Source of the DNA: Desulfosarcina sp.
GTDB taxonomy: Bacteria; Desulfobacterota; Desulfobacteria; Desulfobacterales; Desulfosarcinaceae
Assembly: GCF_033791525.1 (NCBI RefSeq)
Contig: NZ_JASJGN010000389.1
Coordinates: 1 to 59,183 of the forward strand
DNA length: 59,183 nucleotides
Reading direction: 5' to 3'
Position numbers and translations under genes: made by a program. Below, piece after piece: positions 18,959 to 29,724 of this stretch. The notes beneath the pieces were generated by a model. It worked only from the letters and a program-made list of their open reading frames with translations. It was not told the DNA's origin and made no database searches. The first letter of the stretch is position 1, and each line of letters begins with the position of its first letter.

Positions 18959-21900
18959 ATGACCCAGACATCTACTAATTTTGTCCATCTGCACGTCCAT
19001 ACCCAGTACAGCCTGCTGGACGGGGCCATCCGACTGGAGGACCTGTTCAAAAAAGTGAAAGCCTTTGGTATGCCGGCGGTAGCAATCACCGACCACGGCA
19101 CCATGTTCGGCGCGCTGGATTTCTACCAGCAGGCTACCTCTGCCGGCATCAAACCCATTATCGGTTGCGAATGCTACGTGGCCCCGCGAACGCTTGCCGA
19201 CAAAACCCCCCTCGATCGGGATGGCACCCGTCACATGGTGCTGCTGGCCGAAAACCAGCAGGGGTACCGCAACCTGTGCAAGTTGGCCACCGTCGGTCAG
19301 ATGGAAGGCTACTACTACAAGCCACGGATCGACAAGGCATTGCTCGCCGCCCACGCCGAAGGCCTCATCGCGCTGTCCGCCTGTCTCAAAGGGGACGTCC
19401 CCCAATATATTCTGGCCAACCAGATGGACAAGGCCGAGGAAGCGGCCCGGAACTACCAGCAGATCTTTGGAGAAGGGAATTATTTTCTGGAATTGCAGAA
19501 CAACGGGATTCCGGCCCAGGAAAAGGTCAACCAGGGCCTGGTTGAGCTCAGCGGCAAGCTCGGTATTCCGCTGGTGGCCACCAATGATTGCCACTACCTG
19601 AATCAGCAGGACGCCAAGGCCCATGAGATTCTCCTGTGCGTCCAGACCCAGAAGACCATGGCCGATACCGACCGGTTCGTTTTCGATTCCAATCAGCTCT
19701 ATTTCAAATCCCCCGAGGAGATGAAAGGTTATTTCGCCGATTATCCCGGAGCCTTAGACAATACCGTCGCCATTGCCGACCGCTGCTACATCGAGTTCGA
19801 CTTCAAGACCTATCACTTCCCTCAGTTCGATCCCGAATCAAAAAAATCGGCCGATGAGCTGTTCGACGAACAGGTGCGCGAGGGATATGAGCGCCGCATG
19901 GCGGTGGTGCGCAAGAAAAAGGCGGACCTGGACGAAACGGTCTATCGCCAACGCCTGGAATACGAACTCAAGACCATCAAAGAGATGGGCTTTCCCGGTT
20001 ATTTTCTCATTGTCGCCGACTTTATCCGCTTCGCCAAGGAAAACGGCATCCCGGTGGGACCCGGCCGTGGCTCTGCCGCCGGCAGCCTGGTCTCCTTCGC
20101 CCTGAACATCACCGACCTGGACCCTATCGAGCACGGTCTGATCTTTGAGCGTTTTTTGAACCCGTCACGTATCAGCATGCCTGACATCGACGTGGATTTT
20201 TGCATCCACGGACGGGAACGGGTGTATAACTATGTGGTCGAACGTTACGGCGGCGGTGATTATGTGGCCCAGATCATCACCTTCGGCAAGATGAAAGCCA
20301 AACTGGTGATCCGGGATGTGGGACGGGCCCTGGGACTCCCACTGGCGGAGGTGGATACCATTGCCAAGCTGATTCCAGACAGTTTGAAGATGACCATCGA
20401 CAAGGCCCTGAAGGAAGAACCCAAGCTGGCCCAGATGGTGGCATCGGATCCGCGCATCGCTGAATTGATTGAAATCAGCAGGGCCCTGGAAGGGCTTTCC
20501 CGCCACGCTTCCACCCATGCGGCCGGAGTGGTTATCGGCGACAAGCCACTGGTGGATTACCTGCCCCTGTACAAGGGGAAAAAAGGGGAGGTGGTCACCC
20601 AGTTCGATATGAAAAAGGTCGAGGATATCGGGCTGGTGAAATTCGATTTCCTGGGTCTACGCAACCTGACCGTCATCGACCACGCGTTGAAAAGCATCAC
20701 CGCCCAGGGGAAGACCGCACCGGACCTGTCCGACCTGCCCTATGATGACGAAAAAACATTTGCCCTGCTCCAGGCCGGGGACACCACCGGCGTGTTTCAG
20801 CTGGAATCCAGCGGCATGAAGAACCTGCTGGTCCGCCTGCATCCAGAATCCTTTGACGACCTCACCGCCCTGGTCGCGCTGTATCGTCCCGGCCCGTTGG
20901 ACAGTGGTATGGTCGACGATTTTGTGGACCGTAAACACGGCCGCAAGAAGGTTGTCTACCCGGTGGCCTGCCTGGAACCGATCCTTCAGGAAACCTACGG
21001 GGTGATGGTCTATCAGGAGCAGGTCATGCAGGTGGCCGGCGAGCTGGCCGGTTATTCCATGGCCGATGCGGACAGTCTGCGCAAGGCCATCGGCAAGAAG
21101 ATTGAAGCCTTGATGGCCAAACACCGGGAGAAGTTCGTCAACGGTGCGGTAAAAAACGGAGTGGACAAGACCATTGCCACCGATCTGTTCGACCTGATCG
21201 AAAAATTCGGTGGCTACGGCTTCAATAAATCCCACAGCGCTGCCTATGCGCTGATTGCCTACCAGACGGCTTATCTCAAAGCCCACTTTCCCGTCGAGTT
21301 TATGGCGGCCCTGCTCACCAGCGAAATCGACACCATCGACGGTGTGGTCAAGTTTATCAACGAGTGCCGCAGCCACAGCATTGAAGTGCTGCCGCCGGAT
21401 GTCAACGAGAGCAGTACGGTGTTCACCGCTGTCGGCGGCCGCATCCGCTTTGGCCTGGCAGCGGTTAAAAATGTGGGTGAGGCTGCGGTTGACCTGATTA
21501 TCAAGGAGCGTGAAGACAATGGTCAATTTTTATCGCTCTTCGATTTCCTCCAGCGGGTGGATTTGACCAAAGTGAACAAGCGGGTGCTGGAGAGCCTGAT
21601 CCGATGCGGGGCACTGGATTTCACCGGAGTATACCGTTCCCGCCTCATGGCGGTGCTGGAAGAGGCGCTGGATTACGGTCAGCGCATTCAGCGGGAAAAG
21701 AACAGCGCCCAGATGAGCCTTTTCGACACCGTTACCGGAGAAGACCTGGCCATCAACCAGCCGGCCATTCCTGCCATCGACGAATGGGATGATCGGGATA
21801 AACTCCAGCAGGAAAAAGAGACCCTTGGCTTTTATGTCACCGGCCACCCGTTGGACCGGTACAAGAATACACTGGAAAAATTCACCAACGTGGATGCCCT

Positions 21901-22501
21901 CAGCATCCGGGAAGTGGCCGACAAGAGCGCTGTGCGCATCGGCGGCACCATCAGCAGTTCCAAGGTGATCCGCACCCGCAAGGAAGAGCTGATGGGATTT
22001 GCCACGGTGGAGGACTTGAACGGGACCGTGGAAGTGGTGATCTTTCCTTCCATATATGCAGGCTGTGCCGATCTGCTCTCATCGGATACCCCTGTCCTGG
22101 TGCAGGGTCAGGCCCAGGTGGAGGAGAATGGGGTAAAGATTCTTGCTGATGCCATCATTCCCATGGACCGGGCTGAAGCAACCTGGACCGTGGAGGTGCG
22201 GCTGATGGTGGATCCCGAGATCACGGACCGGGAAACCCTGACACAGGTCCATCGGACGCTGCGGCGATACCCGGGCTCTTGTAAAGGGTTCGTACACATT
22301 TGCCTCAAGGATCAGGCAGAGGCAGTCGTTTCCATGGCCGATGATGTGCGCATCCAATGCTGCGAGGCCATGACCCGCGAGGTCAACGGCATTTTCGGCT
22401 ATGCCGCCGTGCAGACCCGCTGCAGCGACGCCGCCAGCGCCATGAAACACAGTGGCCTCAATGGGCGCCGGAACAATGGCCGACAATTTTCCAGGAACTG
22501 A
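18959..22501 (+). CDS. dnaE: DNA polymerase III alpha subunit
   Basis: PHP domain HLHVHTQYSLLDG, GRGSAAGS, MPDIDVDF, KFDFLGL, GYGFNKSHS. No intein apparent (1180 aa). Confidence 0.97.
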   Translation: MTQTSTNFVHLHVHTQYSLLDGAIRLEDLFKKVKAFGMPAVAITDHGTMFGALDFYQQATSAGIKPIIGCECYVAPRTLADKTPLDRDGTRHMVLLAENQQGYRNLCKLATVGQMEGYYYKPRIDKALLAAHAEGLIALSACLKGDVPQYILANQMDKAEEAARNYQQIFGEGNYFLELQNNGIPAQEKVNQGLVELSGKLGIPLVATNDCHYLNQQDAKAHEILLCVQTQKTMADTDRFVFDSNQLYFKSPEEMKGYFADYPGALDNTVAIADRCYIEFDFKTYHFPQFDPESKKSADELFDEQVREGYERRMAVVRKKKADLDETVYRQRLEYELKTIKEMGFPGYFLIVADFIRFAKENGIPVGPGRGSAAGSLVSFALNITDLDPIEHGLIFERFLNPSRISMPDIDVDFCIHGRERVYNYVVERYGGGDYVAQIITFGKMKAKLVIRDVGRALGLPLAEVDTIAKLIPDSLKMTIDKALKEEPKLAQMVASDPRIAELIEISRALEGLSRHASTHAAGVVIGDKPLVDYLPLYKGKKGEVVTQFDMKKVEDIGLVKFDFLGLRNLTVIDHALKSITAQGKTAPDLSDLPYDDEKTFALLQAGDTTGVFQLESSGMKNLLVRLHPESFDDLTALVALYRPGPLDSGMVDDFVDRKHGRKKVVYPVACLEPILQETYGVMVYQEQVMQVAGELAGYSMADADSLRKAIGKKIEALMAKHREKFVNGAVKNGVDKTIATDLFDLIEKFGGYGFNKSHSAAYALIAYQTAYLKAHFPVEFMAALLTSEIDTIDGVVKFINECRSHSIEVLPPDVNESSTVFTAVGGRIRFGLAAVKNVGEAAVDLIIKEREDNGQFLSLFDFLQRVDLTKVNKRVLESLIRCGALDFTGVYRSRLMAVLEEALDYGQRIQREKNSAQMSLFDTVTGEDLAINQPAIPAIDEWDDRDKLQQEKETLGFYVTGHPLDRYKNTLEKFTNVDALSIREVADKSAVRIGGTISSSKVIRTRKEELMGFATVEDLNGTVEVVIFPSIYAGCADLLSSDTPVLVQGQAQVEENGVKILADAIIPMDRAEATWTVEVRLMVDPEITDRETLTQVHRTLRRYPGSCKGFVHICLKDQAEAVVSMADDVRIQCCEAMTREVNGIFGYAAVQTRCSDAASAMKHSGLNGRRNNGRQFSRN

Positions 22502-22525
22502 TCTTGGATGACTATCTCGATATCT

Positions 22526-22770
22526 TAATCCTGAAATAGACAGTAAATAACAATAGCCAAAAACCAAATGACAAATAAATCACAATAACCAAATTCAAAA
22601 TTCCAAACAATGCGATCTTGGTGAAAGGGCATTCCAATCATCAATATTGGAGGATTCAAAATGACAATCAATAGTTGGTTTTTGCCCCTGTTTGAGATTT
22701 TGATATTGTAATTTGGAATTTATTTGAGATTTGTTTTTTGTAATTTTTTGTTTCCGCTTTATCCTGGTTA
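22526..22770. repeat. AT-rich element with ~80-bp imperfect inverted arms built of ~7-bp units (CCAAAT/ACAAAT-like)
   Basis: Left arm 22526-22609 matches the reverse complement of the right arm 22689-22770; far lower GC than the flanking genes. Confidence 0.75.
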
Positions 22771-22803
22771 TGTTTTCCGAGGTAAATTAAAAGGACGATT
22801 AAT

Positions 22804-23940
22804 ATGCATGTCCCACTGCTGGATCTTAAAGCCCAATACCGGACCATTAAGGATCGAGTCCTGGAAGTTACCCAACAGGTTTTCGAAAGCCAGTATTTTA
22901 TTCTGGGCCCCCAGGTGGAGGCGCTGGAGAAAAAAATCGCCGGCTACTGCCAAACCGGCCATGCGGTGGGGGTCTCATCGGGAACGGACGCGCTGGTATT
23001 GTCTCTGATGGCGGCAGGGATCGGGCCGGGAGACCGGGTGATCTCCACGCCGTACACCTTTTTCGCCACGACCGGTGCCATCGCCAGGGTGGGGGCCACG
23101 CCGGTTTTCGTCGACATCGACCCGGACACCTACAATCTTTCTGCGGACAAACTCAACGCCGCCGTGGCGGCCATGTCTGAAGATGATTTGAAATCGGTCA
23201 AGGCCATTGTCCCGGTTCATCTTTACGGGCAGTGCGCCGATATGGATCCCATTCTGGATGTGGCTGCGATCCACGGGTGGGTGGTCATCGAAGATGCCGC
23301 CCAGGCCATCGGTGCTGAATACAAGGGCAGACGGGCAGGCAGCATGGGCGACTACGGGTGTTTCTCCTTCTTCCCGTCCAAGAATTTAGGGGCCTTCGGT
23401 GACGGTGGCATCGTGACGGCCGGCGATCCGCAGGTCAACGAGCGGCTGAAAATCCTGCGGGTTCACGGCGCCAAACCCAAATACATTCACAAGGTGGTGG
23501 GTGGCAATTTTCGTCTCGACGCCTTGCAGGCGGCCATCGTGGCCGTCAAACTGGACTACCTGGACGGTTGGACCACTGCGCGCCAAAACAATGCGGCTCG
23601 CTACCGGAAGATGTTCGCATCGGCCGGGCTGACGGACCGCGTCCACCCGCCGGTGGAAAAAGAGAACCGCCACATCTACAATCAGTTTGTCATCCGGGTC
23701 GACACCGGCCGGGACGACCTGCGGGCCGATCTCGGGGAGCAGGGGATCGGAACCGAGGTGTACTACCCGGTTCCCATGCATCTGCAGGAATGCTTTGCGG
23801 GCCTGGGCTGTCAAGCCGGTGATTACCCCGTTTCCGAACAGGCCGCCAATCAGACCCTGGCCCTGCCCATCTACCCGGAGCTCACCGAATCCCAGCAGGC
23901 CTACGTGGTCGAGAAAATCGATGCGTTTTTCAACCGTTAG
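22804..23940 (+). CDS. DegT/DnrJ/EryC1/StrS PLP-dependent sugar aminotransferase
   Basis: SSGTDAL, PVHLYGQ, EDAAQA, SFFPSKNLG. Confidence 0.92.
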   Translation: MHVPLLDLKAQYRTIKDRVLEVTQQVFESQYFILGPQVEALEKKIAGYCQTGHAVGVSSGTDALVLSLMAAGIGPGDRVISTPYTFFATTGAIARVGATPVFVDIDPDTYNLSADKLNAAVAAMSEDDLKSVKAIVPVHLYGQCADMDPILDVAAIHGWVVIEDAAQAIGAEYKGRRAGSMGDYGCFSFFPSKNLGAFGDGGIVTAGDPQVNERLKILRVHGAKPKYIHKVVGGNFRLDALQAAIVAVKLDYLDGWTTARQNNAARYRKMFASAGLTDRVHPPVEKENRHIYNQFVIRVDTGRDDLRADLGEQGIGTEVYYPVPMHLQECFAGLGCQAGDYPVSEQAANQTLALPIYPELTESQQAYVVEKIDAFFNR

Positions 23941-23949
23941 GATGGTCTC

Positions 23950-24756
23950 ATGGCCAAGGAACTGACATTCGGCTATTCCCCCTGTCCCAACGACACTTAC
24001 ATGTTCAACGCCATTGCCCATGGTGCCGTCGGCGTTGACGGATATAAGATGCAGCCGGTGCTTCACGATATAGAGACCCTCAACGGCATGGCCATGGATG
24101 CGGTGCTGGATGTCACCAAGCTCTCTTTTTACGCCTGGCTCAAGACGAAAGATCGATACCAGCTGCTTGACAGCGGTGCGGCGATGGGCTTCGGTTGCGG
24201 TCCGGTGCTTATTGCCAGAACGCCGTTAACGCAAGCGGAGATTCATCGCTGCCGTGTGGCGCTGCCCGGCCGGTGGACGACCGCCCACCTGTTGCTGCGA
24301 TTATGGGCCCCGGATGCCCACCAGCGGTTTTTTACGCCTTACGATCGGATCTTCGACGCATTGGCCTCAGGACAGGCCGACTGCGGCGTGATCATCCACG
24401 AAAGCCGCTTCACCTTCGAAGCCGCCGGATTCACGCCGGTGGTGGATTTGGGGGCATGGTGGGAAGAGATGACCGGTCTGCCCATCCCTTTAGGTGGGAT
24501 TGCCGCCAGGCGAAGCCTGGGAAAACCGCTGATCCAGCAGATCGATGCGGCGGTCAACACCAGCATCCGGCGGGCCATGGCCGATCCGGATGAGACAATG
24601 CCTTACATCCGGCAGCATGCTCAGGAGATGGATGATACGGTGCTTCAGGCACACATTCGTACCTTCGTGAACGGTTTCAGCCTGGCGCAGACAGGCCTGG
24701 GACGTCGGGCGATTGAAAAGTTGGAAGCGATGGCCCGAAACGCCGGTGCCATCTGA
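23950..24756 (+). CDS. mqnD: 1,4-dihydroxy-6-naphthoate synthase
   Basis: GYSPCPNDT, IIHESRFT, DLGAWWE, PIPLG. Confidence 0.92.
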   Translation: MAKELTFGYSPCPNDTYMFNAIAHGAVGVDGYKMQPVLHDIETLNGMAMDAVLDVTKLSFYAWLKTKDRYQLLDSGAAMGFGCGPVLIARTPLTQAEIHRCRVALPGRWTTAHLLLRLWAPDAHQRFFTPYDRIFDALASGQADCGVIIHESRFTFEAAGFTPVVDLGAWWEEMTGLPIPLGGIAARRSLGKPLIQQIDAAVNTSIRRAMADPDETMPYIRQHAQEMDDTVLQAHIRTFVNGFSLAQTGLGRRAIEKLEAMARNAGAI

Positions 24757-25397
24757 TGGTGGGCATCGTTTATGCCACCCGGCGCGAAGCGGAGCCCTTC
24801 CTGTCGCGACTATCTCCCGATCCCCTGGCCGCCCAACCGTTTTCGATGTTCCAGAAGACCGGCGGCAGCCATCGGGATTTCATCACGGTCATCAGTGGCA
24901 TGGGCAAAGTCGCGGCCACGATTGCGGCCACCCACCTGGTGCTGGTCCACCGGGTCTCGAGGCTGATCAACGCCGGTCTTTGCGGCCGGTTGACCACGGA
25001 CAACGGCTGGTCAGTCGGTGACCTTTTTCGAATTGACACTGCCGTCGAAAGTGACTGCGACCGGTTCGGCCATGCAGAGCAAACCGTAACATGCGATGCC
25101 CGATGGTTCGGCGAACTCAAAGCGGCGCGGTTGGTGACCCAGGATCGACCAGTTTTTGATGTGAACCGGCGCGGCCAGTTGGTCGGTTTCGGTGAACTGG
25201 CGGACATGGAGGGCGCTGCCGTAGCACGGGTGGCCAGGCTTTACGGCATCCCGTGTGCCATGATCAAGGGCATCAGCGACGCCGCCGATGAAAACGGGCG
25301 GCAGGATGTGACCAGCCACATAGATTGGGTTTCGGGGCGCATCGCCGATGCGCTGGCGCGTGAACTATCCATAAACCCAACAGACAAAAAGCCATGA
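24756..25397 (+). CDS. mqnB: Futalosine/aminofutalosine hydrolase (MTA/SAH nucleosidase family)
   Basis: SGMGKVAA, NAGLCG, DMEGAAVA, KGISD; inside the mqn operon. Confidence 0.75.
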   Translation: MVGIVYATRREAEPFLSRLSPDPLAAQPFSMFQKTGGSHRDFITVISGMGKVAATIAATHLVLVHRVSRLINAGLCGRLTTDNGWSVGDLFRIDTAVESDCDRFGHAEQTVTCDARWFGELKAARLVTQDRPVFDVNRRGQLVGFGELADMEGAAVARVARLYGIPCAMIKGISDAADENGRQDVTSHIDWVSGRIADALARELSINPTDKKP

Positions 25398-26236
25398 AGC
25401 CTGAATCGACGCTGCAAAACATCTTGAACTTCACCCGGATCGAACACACCGTTTTCAGCCTGCCGCTGATTTTCACCGGTGCATGGTTGGGGGCGGGCAA
25501 CCGTTTCCCATCGATGGGGGTGATGCTGCTGATCGTCGTCGCCGCTGTGGGTGCCCGTATTTTCGGCATGGCCATGAACCGGGTGCTCGATCGACGGATT
25601 GACCAGATGAATCCGCGCACCGCCGGTCGGGAGCTGCCTGCCGGGAAAATGACCTTAACCCTGGCCTTGGCCATCGCTTTCACAGGACTGCTGGTCTACC
25701 TGATGGCCTGTTGGATTCTGGGCGGCTGGTGCCTGATCCTGTCTCCCATTCCTCTGATCCCGCTGTTGGGTTATTCGCTGCTTAAGCGCTTCACCCCCTT
25801 TTGCCACTTCGGCATCGGCTTTTGCCTGGCCCTGGCACCTTTGGGCGCCTATGTGGCGGCTGCCGGTCACCCGCAATTTTCAGGCGCGGTGATTCTTTTT
25901 TCCGGATTCGTTTTCTGCTGGCTGAGCGGGGCGGACATCATCTATGCGCTCATGGACGTGGAGAGCGACCGGCAGAACCACATTCACAGTCTGCCGGCCA
26001 GTCTGGGTGCCGACGGTGCCATCCGGGTGGCGGCCGGGGTTCACTTGATGGCATGGGGCATCCTGGTGGCTGTAGTCCAGACCGTGGGCGGCGGCGTGAT
26101 GGCCTGGATGCTCCTGGCCACGGCGGCCGTGTTTTTTGGGTTGATGTACGTCCCCACTATTCCCGTACCGAAACGGTTTTTCCCCATCTCCACCTTTGCC
26201 GGCATTGCCGGTGCCCTGGCACCCATGGTTGCATGA
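25394..26236 (+). CDS. mqnP: UbiA-family prenyltransferase (MqnP)
   Basis: EHTVFSLP, NRVLDRRID..NPRTAGRELP, DIIYALMD; multiple TMs. Confidence 0.88.
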   Translation: MKPESTLQNILNFTRIEHTVFSLPLIFTGAWLGAGNRFPSMGVMLLIVVAAVGARIFGMAMNRVLDRRIDQMNPRTAGRELPAGKMTLTLALAIAFTGLLVYLMACWILGGWCLILSPIPLIPLLGYSLLKRFTPFCHFGIGFCLALAPLGAYVAAAGHPQFSGAVILFSGFVFCWLSGADIIYALMDVESDRQNHIHSLPASLGADGAIRVAAGVHLMAWGILVAVVQTVGGGVMAWMLLATAAVFFGLMYVPTIPVPKRFFPISTFAGIAGALAPMVA

Positions 26237-26263
26237 GTCGGGACGGTGAACGGAGCGATAATT

Positions 26264-26842
26264 ATGGCTAAAGCGGACACCCCCCATCTGATCGTCGGTA
26301 TCACCGGTGCGTCGGGCATTCATGCCGCCCGGCTGCTCGTTGAAAAATCTCCCTGGCCGGTTGACTTGGTGGCCAGCCGGTGGGGTAGGAACGTCGCCGG
26401 CACCGAATGCGGCGGCATCGAAGCCATCGAAGCCCATGCAAAAAGGGTATTCACGCCCGACGATCTCTTCGCGCCCCTGGCGTCGGGGTCGGTTGCCGCC
26501 GTGGGGATGGTTGTACTGCCCTGCTCGGCGCACACCCTGGCTCAGATTGCCGCCGGGTTGGGTGACAGCCTGATTACCCGTGCGGCGCACTGCCAACTCA
26601 AGGAGCAGCGCCCGCTGATTCTCTGCCTGCGGGAAGCGCCGTTGACCCTGATCGATCTGGGCAACGCCCGGCGGGCATCTGCGGCCGGTGCGGTGATCAC
26701 GCCCATGAGCCCGCCATTTTTCATGTTTGCCGGTAGGGATCCGAAAACGGTGTCCATGGACGACCTGCTGGATGCCTACGTGGATCGGGTGCTTGCCCTG
26801 CTGGGTCAGCAGCCTTCCCTTACATGGGAGGACATCCGTTGA
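26264..26842 (+). CDS. ubiX: Flavin prenyltransferase UbiX
   Basis: VGITGASG, ASGS, PCS, RAA...LKEQRPL, REAP. Confidence 0.9.
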   Translation: MAKADTPHLIVGITGASGIHAARLLVEKSPWPVDLVASRWGRNVAGTECGGIEAIEAHAKRVFTPDDLFAPLASGSVAAVGMVVLPCSAHTLAQIAAGLGDSLITRAAHCQLKEQRPLILCLREAPLTLIDLGNARRASAAGAVITPMSPPFFMFAGRDPKTVSMDDLLDAYVDRVLALLGQQPSLTWEDIR

Positions 26843-28617
26843 GTTTCGTCGATCTGCGCGCCTTTCTTGCCCATCTGGAACAAGCCGGTGATTTGGCCCG
26901 TATTCCTGTTCGTGTGGACCCCAATCAGGAAATGACCATCATCCAGCACCGGGTGATGGCCTGCGGTGGGCCTGCCCTGCTTTTTGAAAACGTCGCGGGT
27001 TCCCCCTATCGCGTCGTCACCAACTTGTTCGGCACCCGCCGGCGAACCCGCCTGGTCTTCGGCGGTGATCCGGCCGAGCTTGGCCAGCGGGTGTTGCGGC
27101 TTTCCAGAATTCTGATGCCGCCCAGCGTCAAGGGCATCCTCAAGGCCCGTCGGGATTTGCTGGCCCTTTCCAGGGCACGGCTGCGCAAGGTGGGCAACGG
27201 GCCGATTCTTGAAACCGTTTCCCATTCCCCCGATCTGAATCGGTTGCCGGTACTGGTCTGCTGGCCCGATGACGGTGGCCCCTTTTTCACCCTGCCGCTG
27301 GTTCACACCACAGACCCGGAAAATGGCACGGGCAACCTGGGCATTTACCGGCTGCAGCGTTTTGACGGCAGCAGCACAGGCATGCACTGGCAGATCGAAA
27401 AAGGCGGGGGGTTTCACTATCACAAGGCTGCCGCCATGAACCGGCCCCTGCCGGTGAGCGTGGTGCTCGGCGGACCGCCGGCCCTGATTGCCGCGGCGGT
27501 GGCTCCGCTGCCCGAAGGCATCGACGAGCGGCTGCTGGCCGCATACATGATGAACCGGCCGCTGGACGTGATCGCCCGCAAAACGACCGGCCACCGTGTC
27601 CCTGCCCGTGCCGAATTTGTGTTGGAGGGGTCGGTGACCCCCGGTGACATGCAATGGGAAGGGCCCTTCGGAGACCACTTCGGCCATTACTCCCATGCCG
27701 CCGATTACCCGGTGTTCAGGGTTCATCGCGTGCTGGCGAGAAAAGACGCGATTTATCCGGCCACGGTCGTGGGCAAGCCGGTGCAGGAAGATTTCTACAT
27801 GGGCGAAGCCCTGCAGGAGATGACCCTGCCGCTGTTGAAGATGATCCGGCCGGCGGTGGTCGACCTGTGGGCCTACCCGGAAACCGGGTTTCACTCCCTG
27901 GCAGTCATGTCGGTGGCCGAGCGCTATCCCAAAGAAGCCTTGAAGCACACCCTGGGCATGCTCGGAGAGGGGCAGGTATCCCTGACCAAGGTGATGATTA
28001 CGGTCGACCATCGGGTAAACGTGCGTGACATGGTGGCGGTGAGCCGGGCCCTGTGGAGGCACCTGGATGCAAAAACCGGCATTTTCCTGCTCGCCCCCAC
28101 GGCCCAGGACACCCTGGATTTCACCGGGCCGGCCATGAACACCGGCAGCCGGTTGATCCTCATGGCCACTGACAGTGGCCAGCCCGTTCGCGGCGACGAA
28201 CCCCGTCATCTCCCCAAACCGGTTGACCTGCATCCGGATGTGCAGGAGACAGCGGCGTTGGGACCGGCATTTTTAATGGTCAAGGTCAAAGACGCCTGCC
28301 GGGACACGGAACCGGTCCGCCGGGCGCTGATCCGCCATGTGGCGGCCAGGGACTACCTGTTTCACATTATCGTCTCCGAGGATGTTCCGTTAAGCGACCC
28401 GACCCTGATGCTCTGGGGCTGGTTCACCCGTTTCGATCCACTGGCCGATCTTTATCCGGCCGGTCGGACGGTTACCGGCAACCGCTTGATTTTCGATTTC
28501 CCCATTGCCATTGACGCCCGTTGGAAAACAGGGTATCCCAAACCCGTTGAATTTAACCCGGACGTGGAAAAAAGGGTGGACCACATGTGGAAGTCCCTTG
28601 GTTTACCCGAATGCTGA
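26839..28617 (+). CDS. ubiD: UbiD-family menaquinone biosynthesis decarboxylase (MqnL)
   Basis: NLGIYRLQ, MHWQIEK, EGPFGDHFGHY, DTLD. Likely TTG start after GGAGG. Confidence 0.9.
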   Translation: MSFVDLRAFLAHLEQAGDLARIPVRVDPNQEMTIIQHRVMACGGPALLFENVAGSPYRVVTNLFGTRRRTRLVFGGDPAELGQRVLRLSRILMPPSVKGILKARRDLLALSRARLRKVGNGPILETVSHSPDLNRLPVLVCWPDDGGPFFTLPLVHTTDPENGTGNLGIYRLQRFDGSSTGMHWQIEKGGGFHYHKAAAMNRPLPVSVVLGGPPALIAAAVAPLPEGIDERLLAAYMMNRPLDVIARKTTGHRVPARAEFVLEGSVTPGDMQWEGPFGDHFGHYSHAADYPVFRVHRVLARKDAIYPATVVGKPVQEDFYMGEALQEMTLPLLKMIRPAVVDLWAYPETGFHSLAVMSVAERYPKEALKHTLGMLGEGQVSLTKVMITVDHRVNVRDMVAVSRALWRHLDAKTGIFLLAPTAQDTLDFTGPAMNTGSRLILMATDSGQPVRGDEPRHLPKPVDLHPDVQETAALGPAFLMVKVKDACRDTEPVRRALIRHVAARDYLFHIIVSEDVPLSDPTLMLWGWFTRFDPLADLYPAGRTVTGNRLIFDFPIAIDARWKTGYPKPVEFNPDVEKRVDHMWKSLGLPEC

Positions 28618-28641
28618 ACATTAAATCAGGTACCATCGACC

Positions 28642-29724
28642 ATGGGCAATGATATTTTTGAGCGAGCCCTGAAAAAGGGCGCGCTCGCTGAGCGGCTTTC
28701 ACGGGAAGAGGCTTACGGCCTGGCCGAAACCATCACCCCGGATCGCCTTCACCGGCTGGGAGAGGCAGCACTGGCCAATCGCCAGCAGCGATTTGGCCGG
28801 CAGGCCACCTATGTGTTCAACCTGCAGATCAATCCCACCAATATCTGCGGTAGCGGTTGTACATTCTGTAATTACGCGGCGTCCAAAAATGCCCCCCATG
28901 CTTACGTGCTTGAAGAACCCGAGATCCTCGACCAGGTGGAACGGCTGAGGCCAACGGAAGTGCACATTGTCGGCGGGTTGAACCAGATCTGGCCTTTTGC
29001 GCGGAACCTGGAACTGGTCCGATCCCTGCGCAACCGTTATCCGGGCCTGCACATCAAATCCTTCACGGCCGTGGAAATCGATTACTTTGCCAAAACCACC
29101 GGCCTGCCCGAATCGACGGTATTGGATCAGCTAAAGGCCGCCGGCATGGACGCCATGCCCGGCGGCGGCGCGGAGATCTTCTCCGACCGGCTTTACCGGG
29201 AGCACTGGAAAAACAAGACCAGTCCCGACGGCTGGGTGCGTATCCACCAGCTGGCCCACAGCAAAGGGATATCCACCAACGCCACCATGCTTTTCGGGTT
29301 CGGCGACACCTGGAATGAGCGCATCGACCATCTCCTGATTTTAAGGCGTGCCCAGGATCGATCGGGTGGATTTTCCTGCTTTATCCCGTTGCCATTCCAG
29401 CCCGGAGCCGGCAATTTTATCGAGCACGGCCCCACGCCGTTGGAAACGCTGTCGGTGCTGGCCATCTCGCGGCTGGTGGTGGACAATATCCCCCATTTGA
29501 AATCATACTGGCCCATGACCGGTTTGGAAACCGGGTCGGCCGGGTTGAGCTGGGGGGCTGACGATATGGACGGCACCATCAGCGTGGAGAAAATCGCCCA
29601 TCTTGCCGGCGCAACCACACCGGTGGGGATGGCTCGGGCCAGGATGAAGGAGAGCATCCATACAGCTGGATTCGCGCCCGTGGAGCGAGACGGTGTGTTC
29701 TCACCCAGAGGCGGGGTTAAATGA
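28642..29724 (+). CDS. mqnE: Aminofutalosine synthase (radical SAM)
   Basis: NPTNICGSGCTFC, EVHIVGG, KSFTAVEI, PGGGAEIF, HLKSYW. Confidence 0.88.
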   Translation: MGNDIFERALKKGALAERLSREEAYGLAETITPDRLHRLGEAALANRQQRFGRQATYVFNLQINPTNICGSGCTFCNYAASKNAPHAYVLEEPEILDQVERLRPTEVHIVGGLNQIWPFARNLELVRSLRNRYPGLHIKSFTAVEIDYFAKTTGLPESTVLDQLKAAGMDAMPGGGAEIFSDRLYREHWKNKTSPDGWVRIHQLAHSKGISTNATMLFGFGDTWNERIDHLLILRRAQDRSGGFSCFIPLPFQPGAGNFIEHGPTPLETLSVLAISRLVVDNIPHLKSYWPMTGLETGSAGLSWGADDMDGTISVEKIAHLAGATTPVGMARARMKESIHTAGFAPVERDGVFSPRGGVK

